The notes beneath the pieces are model-generated. The model worked only from the letters and a program-made list of their open reading frames with translations. It was not told where the DNA came from and did no database searches. From Chiloscyllium plagiosum (taxonomy: Eukaryota): 63,798 nt of DNA. A program made the position numbers and the translations under genes. The stretch covers positions 86,639,648 to 86,703,445 of the forward strand of contig NC_057719.1 in assembly GCF_004010195.1 (NCBI RefSeq), given 5' to 3'. Shown here one piece after another: positions 63,330-63,798 of this stretch; within the stretch, counting starts at the first letter, position 1, and every line of letters starts with the position of its first letter.

Positions 63330-63798
63330 CCAACCCCAACTATTCCCCAAACTGTTGATAATTCAATTCCCTTCTTGCCCCTCATGTTAGTTGATCTTGT
63401 TTTAAGTTTTCTATCCTAAGACATTCTCTTCTTCCACTCAAATCTGCCATCATCTGCCTCCAAAAATAATTCGAGACCCCCCCCCCGTCTTTGCAATCTG
63501 TCATCTCATATCCAATCTCCTATGTGTTCCTAAAGTCCACAAGCATGCCAAAATCCATGTCCATCTTTCCCATGTCTGAAAACCTCAATCAAGTGTCTTC
63601 TCCTGGCACAGTAATGAAACTGCCCTGATCAAAGTTACAAATAACATCTGATCTGGCTGTGACTATGGTAAAGGACCCCTTCTTGGCCTAAGTAAACTGT
63701 TCTTGACTTGACCAGACTCAAACCCTCACTTTGTCTGATGCAGGACAAGATCATTCACAACCTTCACATCCTTTGTGACCCTTGGTGAGCTTCCAATG
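63330..63798 (+). mobile_element. Degraded L2-like LINE RT fragment
   Basis: cacagtaatgaaactgccctgatcaaagttacaaataacatc = HSNETALIKVTNNI, the HSTETAL.KV.ND motif of L2 RT. Confidence 0.7.

Overview
Vertebrate genomic DNA, most likely from a shark or other elasmobranch (HE1/V-SINE-like, CR1 and Penelope-type repeats). It holds two genes arranged tail-to-tail. On the + strand are the last two coding exons of a cytosolic phospholipase A2 (PLA2G4 family; stop at 2597-2599). On the - strand are 24 coding exons of EIF2AK4/GCN2 (61466 down to the stop at 7345-7347; about 805 aa covering the kinase C-lobe, HisRS-like domain and C-terminal domain). All 24 have GT-AG borders and their phases fit end to end. 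The introns are full of CR1/L2 LINE relics, SINEs, two probable solo LTRs and an ORF2-less L1-like element with a perfect 15-bp TSD. The most striking non-genic signal is a set of short, often palindromic Penelope-type insertions from two families. They have 11-17 bp target-site duplications and a one-sided 30-40 nt tail, and they carry minimal hammerhead-ribozyme cores (CUGANGA-A-stem II-GAAA-N-NUH) with compensatory stem changes between copies. Most ORFs in the supplied track are repeat-derived or spurious. Repeat borders are approximate and family names come from recognition, not a database search.
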